DNA of 59,466 nucleotides, taken from Poseidonia sp. (GTDB taxonomy: Archaea; Thermoplasmatota; Poseidoniia; Poseidoniales; Poseidoniaceae). This document shows, piece after piece, positions 9,961 through 18,229 of the stretch. How positions within the stretch are numbered: position 1 is the first letter of the stretch; every line of letters begins with the position of its first letter. Position numbers and translations under genes: made by a program. Under the pieces are notes generated by a model. That model saw only the letters and a program-made list of their open reading frames with translations. It had not been told where the DNA came from and searched no databases. The DNA lies in contig JAYPCE010000005.1 in assembly GCA_038124565.1 (NCBI GenBank), positions 1 through 59,466 of the forward strand, given 5' to 3'.

Positions 9961-12683
9961 AGCGCGTCCTGCTCAACCAACGTCTCGACCACCTCTGGTG
10001 GCCGACGAGCGCCCACCCAGAGCATCAGGCCGACCACGACGATGAGGCCGACCAGCACGTTTCGAACAACCGTTGCTGAGGAGGAGGATGTCGTGGCGGT
10101 TTCATCGCACGCGGCACAGTCGATAACCGGACACACCTCATCACTCGGCACTTCAAACGTGTCTCCACAGCATCCTTCACAGGTCTGCATCGTTACGTCA
10201 CCGTTGGTTTCGTTGGTGTCTGTTGAGCCTGTGGTGTTCCCGGTGGTGTTCGTACCGTTTGACCCGTTGTTGTCCGAGCCTGAGGAGTTCGTGCTCTGAT
10301 TGGTTTCTGTCCCGTTGGTATTGGGGTCGGGTTCGTATTCGCATCCTTCATTCACCGTTGCCAGCGGGTCGTAATTGGTGGCCGTGGCATCGGTGCACCC
10401 CGCCACAGGGTCGGGCGGGAATTCGCAAGAGCCGTCGTCTACGGTCGCTTCACTGTTGTAATTGGTAGCCGATGCATCGGTACAACCCGAAACTGGAGGT
10501 GGAGGATATTGACAGGAGCCGTCGTCAACGGTCGCTGTGTCGTCGTAATTGGTGGCTGAGGGGTCGGTGCAGCCGAATACCGTTTGGTTGTGCTCAACGC
10601 TCACGCTCACGTCCACCACGGTGACCGAGTGGGCCGGAACCGAGAGGCTGGTGTTTTCCAAAACGGCTTCGCCGAAACGAACGGTGTCGTTGCTGGCAAA
10701 GTCACCAACGGTGGTTGGCCCACCGCGATTGAGAACAACCGCCATGGTTTGACCGGCGTGGCTCATCTCATAGACAAGGAGGTTGGGCATGGCAAGACGA
10801 GTGGAGTAGGTCCCCCGTCGAAGTGCCTCGGATTCCGCCCGCAACTGGCCGAGTTCCGAGAGGTTCTCAAACAGAGATGCCTCGTGAACACTCCACGTGG
10901 AGTTATTCCGGTACATATGGCGATTGTCAGGGTCAGCCCCACCGTATTCACCGTATTCATCTCCGTAGTACATCATCGGCGCACCCGGGGTGGTCAGCAA
11001 CCAGCCGTAGGCCTGCAGAGCAGCATTGTAAGCCGAAACGTCACCGGGTTGACCCGGCAATCCATCTTCCGCCCACTGGTTGTTGGCATCGTTGGTGCCA
11101 GTATCGGCCCGGCTGGTTAACCGAGGCACATCGTGGCTGCCTACATAGGGGACCATCAGCGACCCTGGCGTGTACTGGTCCTGACTTCGGTTGGTCCAAT
11201 AGTCAAGGTGCTGGTAGTTTTCCTGACCGCTGACAAAGACGTTGTTCACCACGGCATGATAGAGAACAAAATCGGCTTGACCGTCCAGCCCATCCGGACC
11301 CATGTAGGCGTTGATGGCAGCATATTGCTCTTGGTTGGCATCCAAAGAATGACCCGACCATCCCATGGCGGTTTCACCTTTGAGGTAGATGTCTGTGCCA
11401 ACTGTTTCAAAGCGCTGATTCATTTGCGAAACAAGGTTCGCCACAGCAAGGTTCTCGACATGCTTCACAGCATCGATTCGGGCACCATCAAGGTCAAACG
11501 TCTCCATCCACCACAACGCGTCAGCGATGAATTGTTCCGAAGCGTTCCGGTCTTTCCAGTTCACATCAGGCATGTAGGAAGTGAACTGACAGTCAAGGCG
11601 ATGCTCGGTCCAATCGCAGTTCGGTTGACCGCAAATACAACCGGTGCTGAACCACTCCGGATGTTCTTGGAAGTAGGTGTGTTGCTCGTGAACATGGTTC
11701 ACGACGAAATCCATCATCACCCGGATACCAGCGTTGTGGGCCGTGTCAATCATGGTCTCCAACTCTTCAGGGGTACCCAAACGAGGGTCGACCCCTCTGG
11801 CTTCAACAGGCCAATATCCGTGGAAGGCGGCCACGTCATGAACACCATCTGCAGCCTTGCCCGTGCCGTTTGCAGCCGTGTTGAACGGGGTGAGCCAGAG
11901 CGCGTTGACGCCAAGTTCAGCAAAATAGCCAGCGTTAATCATGGAGGTTACACCGGCAAAATCGCCGCCTTGCCAGTCAGCACCTTGTGCAGCACCGGTT
12001 GTTAAACCGTCATTGCTGAGGTTTCCGTTGACAAAACGGTCGGTCATGATCATGTAGATGAGCGCGTCATCCCATTCAAACTCGGCATATGGGCCTCGCC
12101 AAAACGGAACCAGGAGGTCATAGGCGAGGTTGCCCTCGAGGTCGCTACCTTCGACACGGATGGTATGTTTTCCATCACCAAGTGCGGAAACATCGTACAC
12201 CCATGCGGAAGCGTTCGCCGACCATGTTGCTCCTTCCAATCCCGATGGGGTGCCGTCAGGGGCTGCGCCCGAAGAACCGGGGTGGTAGGTGACGACCAAT
12301 TCATTGCCGTTGAGTTCAGCCGAGTAGAACGGGCGGGTGTGGTTGCGAACCCGAAGCAAGGAGTTTTCATACTCGCCACAGTAGCCACGTTCTGGATTGT
12401 TCGGGTCAAAGATGTAGGCGCCGTCCACGATAAATTTGTAGCAATACAGACCCTCATCCAACTCGAGGGTGGCTTTCCAGACTCCATTGGTTTCAACCAT
12501 GGTGACGGGTTGGGCCCAGTCATCCCATTCTCCCGCAACCTCAACCGTTTGCGCTGAGCCCGTGTACTCAAGCACCGTACCCGTCAAGGAACGTGCTCTG
12601 TTGGCCTCGGCGTCGTGAGCCATCATGGGCATCGCTGCAACGAGAAGCATCATGAAAAGAACACAAAAGGTCGTTTGGCGCAT
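9945..12683 (-). CDS. Secreted, C-terminally anchored GH13 alpha-amylase family enzyme with N-terminal CBM48/AMPK-like glycogen-binding domain
   Basis: Start moved to ATG 12683 (GGAGG SD upstream, signal peptide MRQTTFCVLFMMLLVAA). CBM48-like VEVAGEWDDW..YKFIVDG; GH13 regions DFVVNH, GARIDAVKH, GE, SHD; Cys repeats, N-glycosylation-rich linker, C-terminal TM plus RR. Confidence 0.9.
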   Translation of the reverse strand: MRQTTFCVLFMMLLVAAMPMMAHDAEANRARSLTGTVLEYTGSAQTVEVAGEWDDWAQPVTMVETNGVWKATLELDEGLYCYKFIVDGAYIFDPNNPERGYCGEYENSLLRVRNHTRPFYSAELNGNELVVTYHPGSSGAAPDGTPSGLEGATWSANASAWVYDVSALGDGKHTIRVEGSDLEGNLAYDLLVPFWRGPYAEFEWDDALIYMIMTDRFVNGNLSNDGLTTGAAQGADWQGGDFAGVTSMINAGYFAELGVNALWLTPFNTAANGTGKAADGVHDVAAFHGYWPVEARGVDPRLGTPEELETMIDTAHNAGIRVMMDFVVNHVHEQHTYFQEHPEWFSTGCICGQPNCDWTEHRLDCQFTSYMPDVNWKDRNASEQFIADALWWMETFDLDGARIDAVKHVENLAVANLVSQMNQRFETVGTDIYLKGETAMGWSGHSLDANQEQYAAINAYMGPDGLDGQADFVLYHAVVNNVFVSGQENYQHLDYWTNRSQDQYTPGSLMVPYVGSHDVPRLTSRADTGTNDANNQWAEDGLPGQPGDVSAYNAALQAYGWLLTTPGAPMMYYGDEYGEYGGADPDNRHMYRNNSTWSVHEASLFENLSELGQLRAESEALRRGTYSTRLAMPNLLVYEMSHAGQTMAVVLNRGGPTTVGDFASNDTVRFGEAVLENTSLSVPAHSVTVVDVSVSVEHNQTVFGCTDPSATNYDDTATVDDGSCQYPPPPVSGCTDASATNYNSEATVDDGSCEFPPDPVAGCTDATATNYDPLATVNEGCEYEPDPNTNGTETNQSTNSSGSDNNGSNGTNTTGNTTGSTDTNETNGDVTMQTCEGCCGDTFEVPSDEVCPVIDCAACDETATTSSSSATVVRNVLVGLIVVVGLMLWVGARRPPEVVETLVEQDALHDEN
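10335..10574 (-). repeat. Three tandem 29-aa (87-nt) Cys repeats GCTDxxAxNYxxxATVD/NxGxC in the amylase stalk
   Basis: Units start at 10574, 10487 and 10400: GCTDPSATNYDDTATVDDGSC, GCTDASATNYNSEATVDDGSC, GCTDATATNYDPLATVNEGC. Confidence 0.9.
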
Positions 12684-12687
12684 CGTT

Positions 12688-13479
12688 TCAGTCCTCCTTT
12701 GTGGTGTTGACCGGCCGGAGCAGGGCGTTGGCCGTCTCAACCAAATCGTCAAGGTGGCGACAAAAAAAGGACTTGACAAAGGCATTGGCGGGCTCGTTGT
12801 AAGCGGTCAAGGGAGCGTCGTGTTGCTGCAATTCACCTTGGTCGAGGATAGCCACACGGTCGGCCAGCGTCATGGCTTCGATTTGGTCGTGCGTGACGTA
12901 GATGGTGGTCGTCCCCAATTCATCGTGAAGGCGACGAATTTCAGTGCGCATTTGATGGCGGAGTTCCGCATCCAAGTTTGAGAGTGGCTCGTCCATCAGG
13001 AGCACTTGCGGTCGGCGAATCAGCGCACGGCCCAGGGCTACGCGTTGGCGTTGACCACCGCTCAATTCCTTGGGCTTCTTGTCCAGGTGTTCGGCCAGTT
13101 CCAACATGGAAGATGTTTCCTTGACACGCTCGTCCATTTCTGCAGTGCTCAATCGATCTTCGCCCTTCACCATTCTCAATCCAAAGGTGAGGTTGTCACG
13201 GACGCTCATGTGAGGGTAGAGGGCATAGGACTGGAACACCATACCGAGACCACGGGCGCCTGCTGGAAGATGATTGACCTTGACGCCGTCGATCAGGATT
13301 TCACCATCGGTGACTTCCTCAAGACCTGCCAGCATCCGGAGCGTGGTGGATTTGCCGCATCCAGAAGGTCCGAGCAGAACCAAAAATTCCCCATCCTCAA
13401 TCTCAAGGTTTAACCCTTTAACAGCCTCAAAACCGTCTTCGTATTGCTTCAACACGTTTCGAAATTCTACACTTACCAT
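12688..13479 (-). CDS. malK: Sugar ABC transporter ATPase (MalK/UgpC family) lacking the C-terminal regulatory TOBE domain
   Basis: GPSGCGKST, MVFQSYALYPHM, LSGGQRQR, LLMDEPLSNLD, YVTHDQIEAMTLADR; only 263 aa. Confidence 0.92.
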   Translation of the reverse strand: MVSVEFRNVLKQYEDGFEAVKGLNLEIEDGEFLVLLGPSGCGKSTTLRMLAGLEEVTDGEILIDGVKVNHLPAGARGLGMVFQSYALYPHMSVRDNLTFGLRMVKGEDRLSTAEMDERVKETSSMLELAEHLDKKPKELSGGQRQRVALGRALIRRPQVLLMDEPLSNLDAELRHQMRTEIRRLHDELGTTTIYVTHDQIEAMTLADRVAILDQGELQQHDAPLTAYNEPANAFVKSFFCRHLDDLVETANALLRPVNTTKED

Positions 13480-13483
13480 CTCA

Positions 13484-14728
13484 TCACCCTTTCACTCCAC
13501 CAGCAGAAAGTCCCTCGATGAGGAACTTCTGGAAAAACAAGAACAGCAGAGCGACCGGCAAACTCACCAGCAAACTGGCTGCTGCAAAATCACCCCACGC
13601 CTGGCCGGTGCTGGAAATCATCGAAGCCAGACCTACGGGAAGGGTGTACATATCGTTGGAGGTGTTGAAGGTCAACGCCAACAAAAATTCGTTCCACGCT
13701 GCAAGGAAACTGAACAAGGCCGTGACAGCAACCGCAGGAAGCGACAACGGCAGCACGACCTTGGTGAACACCTGGAATTGGTTGCAACCATCCAGCAACG
13801 CTGCTTCCTCAAGTTCTCGTGGTACCGTGTCAAAGAAGCCTTTGAGCATCCAAACACACAACGGCAAAGCCGTAACACAATAGGCGAGGATAAGACCCAA
13901 ATGAGAATTCAACAAGCCGAGGGTTTTCATCACCAAGAAATATGGTACGAGAATGATGATGCCTGGGAACATTTGCACGAGCAAGAAGGCAAACATCGAC
14001 ACGTCCCGTCCGGTGAATTTGTACCTGCTAAAGGCGTAACCTGCAGGGATAGCGACCACCAGTCCGAGCAAGGTTGTTCCAAGACTAACGATGAGGGAAT
14101 TGCGCATCCATGTCCAAAAGGATGCGCTGCCCATGATTTTGGAGAAATGCTCGCCCGTCATCGGACCGCCAAGTGACCCACCTAACGCATTGCCTGGCGA
14201 GAGGGCGATGTCCAAAATCCACACCAGCGGAAGCAAGGTGAGCACGACGAAATGCAACAGCACAACGTGAGCACCAATGGACCTCAACCGGTGTTCAAGG
14301 CGTTGGTTTCGTGCTAGACCAAATTCGATCGCTGAACGGGACAGGGTTTGGGTTGACCAGGCCGAAACCGGTCGGCTCGACCCCCAAATTAACGCAATGG
14401 CGCCCGGACCAATCAACCACCCCTGCATCCACACATCGAACGCTGAGCGTGGAGAAGCAATCAGGCGAAGCAGGCCAATCAACAACAAACCACCACTCAA
14501 AACCAAGGTCGTGTTTCGCGAAGATGGCATTGCCTCCTCTGGAAGGGTGTTCAACATCAAGCCGATCAGCAGCAGACCCGCCAATCCCAAAGCGAAGGTC
14601 CCTCCACCCCTCAGAACATCAACGGAAAGGAGGAACACATTGACCAGGAAACTTACGATGAGCCAGCGACGCAATGTGGTCACCTCAACTGGGGTGTACC
14701 ATGCCCGAACCGTCGACTCGTCGATCAT
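13484..14728 (-). CDS. malG: Carbohydrate ABC permease (MalG-like) with extra N-terminal membrane domain
   Basis: EAA loop ELEEAALLDGC, AWNEF, TLPVGL; start 14728 overlaps the upstream stop (ATGA). Confidence 0.88.
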   Translation of the reverse strand: MIDESTVRAWYTPVEVTTLRRWLIVSFLVNVFLLSVDVLRGGGTFALGLAGLLLIGLMLNTLPEEAMPSSRNTTLVLSGGLLLIGLLRLIASPRSAFDVWMQGWLIGPGAIALIWGSSRPVSAWSTQTLSRSAIEFGLARNQRLEHRLRSIGAHVVLLHFVVLTLLPLVWILDIALSPGNALGGSLGGPMTGEHFSKIMGSASFWTWMRNSLIVSLGTTLLGLVVAIPAGYAFSRYKFTGRDVSMFAFLLVQMFPGIIILVPYFLVMKTLGLLNSHLGLILAYCVTALPLCVWMLKGFFDTVPRELEEAALLDGCNQFQVFTKVVLPLSLPAVAVTALFSFLAAWNEFLLALTFNTSNDMYTLPVGLASMISSTGQAWGDFAAASLLVSLPVALLFLFFQKFLIEGLSAGGVKG

Positions 14729-17352
14729 GCTGCTGCCTCCGTTGCATTGGTGCGCTTCATGTACGTCCACGAAAAGGCGAGTAGCATCATGAAAATGACG
14801 ACTGACCATGCCGCAGCCACACCATAGGCGCCGTCACGGAAGGCCACGTCGTACACATATGTGATGAGAATATCCGTTTGGCCGGGCTCACCGAAATACA
14901 GGTCTGGACCACCATCGGTAAGGAGGTAAATCACGTTAAACATGTTGAACGTCCATATGAAGCCCAGCAACGAAAGCGGAACAAGGGCACTTTTCAGATT
15001 CGGCAAGGTAAGGTGACGGAAGGTGTCCCATGCGCCAACGCCATCCAATGCCGCAGCCTCGTACATTTCGCGGGGGAGTGCTTGAAGCGCACCGCTCAAG
15101 GACATCATCATGAAGGGAATGCCGAGCCAGATGTTGACAAAAATCACAACGATTTGAGCGCCGGTCGGTTCAGCGAGGAAGTGAATGTTTGTCCCCAACA
15201 CCTCATTGACCAAGCCCTCGGGTTGGAACATCCCTTTCCAGACGAGTACGGAGATGTAGGAAGGAATCGCCCACGGCAGGAGCAGGACCGTTCGATAGGC
15301 TGTTTTGCCCCTAATGTTGGCCCGGTGAAGGACCAGCGCAAGAAAAAGCCCCAATCCGATGTGAGCAGAAACGTTCACGACGGTCCACACCAAGGTGAAC
15401 AGGGTCACACGAAGGAATCCGGACGAGGTAAACACCTCAAAGAAATTGGACAATCCAATGAAGGCTTGGTCACCCAAATGGGTTGCATCGGCATCGGTAA
15501 AGGACAACCAAAAGCCGTACAAAACCGGGTAGAAGGTCAACATCGCCAGCGCAAACATCGCAGGTGCGATGTAGAAATGGGCAGATGTTGCATGCAAGCG
15601 TCCGGCCTTCACATCCATTGCACGCCCGTATCCCAAAAGCACAATCAGCGAGAGAAGGATAGCGCCCAGCGCAAACATCACCGGAGAGGTGTCGCCCGCA
15701 GAAGGGACAACATCGCCTACACTGGTGCTCAATGTCGTGCTGAAGAGCACCCCATTGTCCCCAAGAACGGCAACGGCATGCTCAACATTGGGCAGCATGC
15801 CCGTCAATTGGCATTCAACGCTCTTGGTGTTTGTCGGAAGCAACCGAGTGGAGGAGGTTCCCGTCATTTCAACACCGTCCGCTTTGCAGGAATCGTAAGC
15901 GGGGAGCGAACTTGAGGCATGAGGCTCGGAATGAAGAGAAGTGTGTAGGACATCATCGACATAAATATCGTAGGACGATGAATCATCGAGCGTGAAATTG
16001 AGGGTTACGGTTCGATATCCTTCGTTGGAGGGTGGTGGTGCTGCTCGTTGAAGATCGTCCATCAGGGATTTCAATTCAGCATTCGCCCCCTCAAGAGCAG
16101 TCTCTGCTGTGGCAGATTCCGTGTAAGCCTGTTCAAAGGCCGTGACGAGAGGGCCGTACACCATCGCCATACCTCGCGTGGTTGGTGCTGGGGTGCCCAC
16201 CTCGATCTGGTCAAGGAAACCAGAGAGGACCACGTCGTTGTTGATGTCATCGTCGTCGGTTAAGGAGACGTGGGTTGGCAGCGTGTAGGTTTCCAACGCG
16301 AAGGTCTTCTGAACCTCCCGGCTGGAGAGGTATTGAGCCAGTTCAACAGCAGCGATCTTGTGAGGGCTTTGCTTACTTACCGTCCACCCTTTGTACGTGA
16401 CCAAAGGGGCAATGCGTTCTCCCGTTTCCTCAATGATAGGAAGCATGGATTGCCCCACATCCAATCGGCTCGCTTCATAGGTTGCCCAATTCCACGGACC
16501 ATCGACGATCATGGCGGCTTTTGAGGCAATAAACTGATTTTTCATGCCTTCCGTTTGGGTACCTGTAGCCACCACTTGATGTTCCAATTCAAGGTCAAGA
16601 AGCCAGTCAAGAGCGGTTCCCGAGCCGTTGGAATCAAGGGTTGGCTCGCCTGTCTCATCGAACAAGGTACCGTTGTAGCCGGCTTGGAATCCGAACCACC
16701 AGTAAGCAGATTTCACAGGGAGGGCGAGGCCTTGAACGTCTTGGTAGGTCAGTGTTTGAGCGGCTTCTAGAAGGTCATGTTGGGTCCATGTGTTGTCTGG
16801 ATAGGATACACCACGTGCATCAAACAGCGCCTTGTTGTAAATCAGTGACAGGGCGTCTTGGCTTGCAGGAACGCCATAGAGGGCGTCGCCGTAACGCATC
16901 GCATGAAGTGCCCGCTCATCGTAAACGCCGCGTTCGGCTGGCGTCAAATGTGGACGCAAATCCTCGAGAAGGGGAAAACCATCAACCCGTACCTCTCCGA
17001 TAGCCCCTAATTGGTCGCTTGATAGACGCATCAAATCAGGAGCCTCGCCGCCCTGCGCTGCGGTCATGAAGAGGTTGTCTGCATCGCCAAAAGGAACGAG
17101 CGCAACCTCAATCGTGATGTTGGGGTGAAGCGCTTCAAAAGCGCGGACGCTCTGCATGAAGACGTTTTCTTCCTTACTTTCGGCTGCAAACGTGTGCCAT
17201 ACTTCGAGCGTAAGAGGGCCGTCGTCGCCGCTTCTGTTGAGTCCGGTAGACCCAGCATCTCCACCACCAAGGCATCCAGCAACCATGAGATTGGTCAGGA
17301 GCAGAACCCCAAGCACGGCACGGCTCCACAGATAGGATGAGCCGTGAGCCAT
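14725..17352 (-). CDS. Fused maltodextrin-binding lipoprotein (MalE-like SBP) and MalF-like permease
   Basis: Lipobox LMVAGC; SBP motifs (VWHTF, APDLM, LIYNKALF, AAMIVDGPW); C-terminal permease with LLPWAIP, EMYEAAALDG, FNMFNVIYLLT.GGP, TDILITY. Start 17352 is supported by a TTTAAG box about 25-30 nt upstream. Confidence 0.9.
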   Translation of the reverse strand: MAHGSSYLWSRAVLGVLLLTNLMVAGCLGGGDAGSTGLNRSGDDGPLTLEVWHTFAAESKEENVFMQSVRAFEALHPNITIEVALVPFGDADNLFMTAAQGGEAPDLMRLSSDQLGAIGEVRVDGFPLLEDLRPHLTPAERGVYDERALHAMRYGDALYGVPASQDALSLIYNKALFDARGVSYPDNTWTQHDLLEAAQTLTYQDVQGLALPVKSAYWWFGFQAGYNGTLFDETGEPTLDSNGSGTALDWLLDLELEHQVVATGTQTEGMKNQFIASKAAMIVDGPWNWATYEASRLDVGQSMLPIIEETGERIAPLVTYKGWTVSKQSPHKIAAVELAQYLSSREVQKTFALETYTLPTHVSLTDDDDINNDVVLSGFLDQIEVGTPAPTTRGMAMVYGPLVTAFEQAYTESATAETALEGANAELKSLMDDLQRAAPPPSNEGYRTVTLNFTLDDSSSYDIYVDDVLHTSLHSEPHASSSLPAYDSCKADGVEMTGTSSTRLLPTNTKSVECQLTGMLPNVEHAVAVLGDNGVLFSTTLSTSVGDVVPSAGDTSPVMFALGAILLSLIVLLGYGRAMDVKAGRLHATSAHFYIAPAMFALAMLTFYPVLYGFWLSFTDADATHLGDQAFIGLSNFFEVFTSSGFLRVTLFTLVWTVVNVSAHIGLGLFLALVLHRANIRGKTAYRTVLLLPWAIPSYISVLVWKGMFQPEGLVNEVLGTNIHFLAEPTGAQIVVIFVNIWLGIPFMMMSLSGALQALPREMYEAAALDGVGAWDTFRHLTLPNLKSALVPLSLLGFIWTFNMFNVIYLLTDGGPDLYFGEPGQTDILITYVYDVAFRDGAYGVAAAWSVVIFMMLLAFSWTYMKRTNATEAAA

Positions 17353-17399
17353 GTGACTGCCGCAGTTGTAACCCCGCTTAAAGGTCGTGAGCGTGGCCA

Positions 17400-18083
17400 T
17401 CAGTCCCCTTGTTCAAGGCCCAAAAACGGTAAGATTGCCTGAAGATTTCGCTGCCGAATCACAGGTACGCCTGCAGTTTCAAACGCTGCTTCCGAAGAGG
17501 CACGACTCGGATTGAAGCCAAGGAAACGGCTCCCCTCAACATGCATGCTGAGGTCCATCTCGGAATCGCCAACGGATACACACTGCGAGGCTTCAAACCC
17601 GTTCATCTCAAGCAACCGATGAATCACCTCACCCTTCCCGCTTGCGTGAAGGCGACACACGCCTTCGTCGGTGAGAAAGCCGTCGTCATCAAAGACGAAG
17701 CCGTTCGCAATCCAATCGTCGACCTTGAGCATGCTGGCGATTGAACTCACGAACAAATCCACGCCCGCACTTACGATGGCCACGAAGATACCTTCCTGGA
17801 GCAGTTGTTCCACGACCTCCCGTGCGCCAGGCATGAGTTTCACGCCTGAATAGGCCCTGAAGAGGTCGTCCCGATGAATCGGGTCTTGGATGGCTTTCCA
17901 CATCTGGATGTCCGAACGCATGAACTCAACGTCGCTAATCTCACCACGAATGAATCGAGTGAGGTTCACGGCGTTGTCCGTGCCAAAGGCATCATGCAGC
18001 GTTCTCCATGAACTCACCGCATCCACCAACACGCCATCGCAGTCAAAGACGACGATGCTGGGTCGGCCAACGTGTTCGTCCAT
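17400..18083 (-). CDS. HAD-IB family phosphatase (phosphoserine phosphatase-like)
   Basis: FDCDGVL motif I, IVSAG motif II, K motif III, VGDSEMD motif IV. Confidence 0.8.
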   Translation of the reverse strand: MDEHVGRPSIVVFDCDGVLVDAVSSWRTLHDAFGTDNAVNLTRFIRGEISDVEFMRSDIQMWKAIQDPIHRDDLFRAYSGVKLMPGAREVVEQLLQEGIFVAIVSAGVDLFVSSIASMLKVDDWIANGFVFDDDGFLTDEGVCRLHASGKGEVIHRLLEMNGFEASQCVSVGDSEMDLSMHVEGSRFLGFNPSRASSEAAFETAGVPVIRQRNLQAILPFLGLEQGD

Positions 18084-18140
18084 GACATCACCAGCGTACC
18101 GGCCCTTGAAAGCCTTCGCACATCAAGAGACACGCCCCAA

Positions 18141-18208
18141 GGAGCGGGAGGCTGTGGCCTCCCACTCCAAGGGTTCCACCGAAGCGGCTACGCCTGCTGA
18201 GCAGGCGT
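18141..18208 (-). terminator. Tandem GC-rich RNA hairpins in the 3' UTR of the giant protein gene
   Basis: Minus strand ACGCCTGC-TCA-GCAGGCGT (18190-18208), then GGAGTGGGAGGC-CACA-GCCTCCCGCTCC (18141-18168, with one G-U pair). Confidence 0.6.
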
Positions 18209-18229
18209 GACGTGGTCTTGAAACCAGCC

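Noticed and set aside
12684-12785. Amylase ORF extension overlapping malK, with a T7 run that could suggest a frameshift fusion
   Set aside because: ATG 12683 has its own GGAGG SD and a signal peptide; fusing a cytoplasmic ATPase to a secreted enzyme makes no topological sense.
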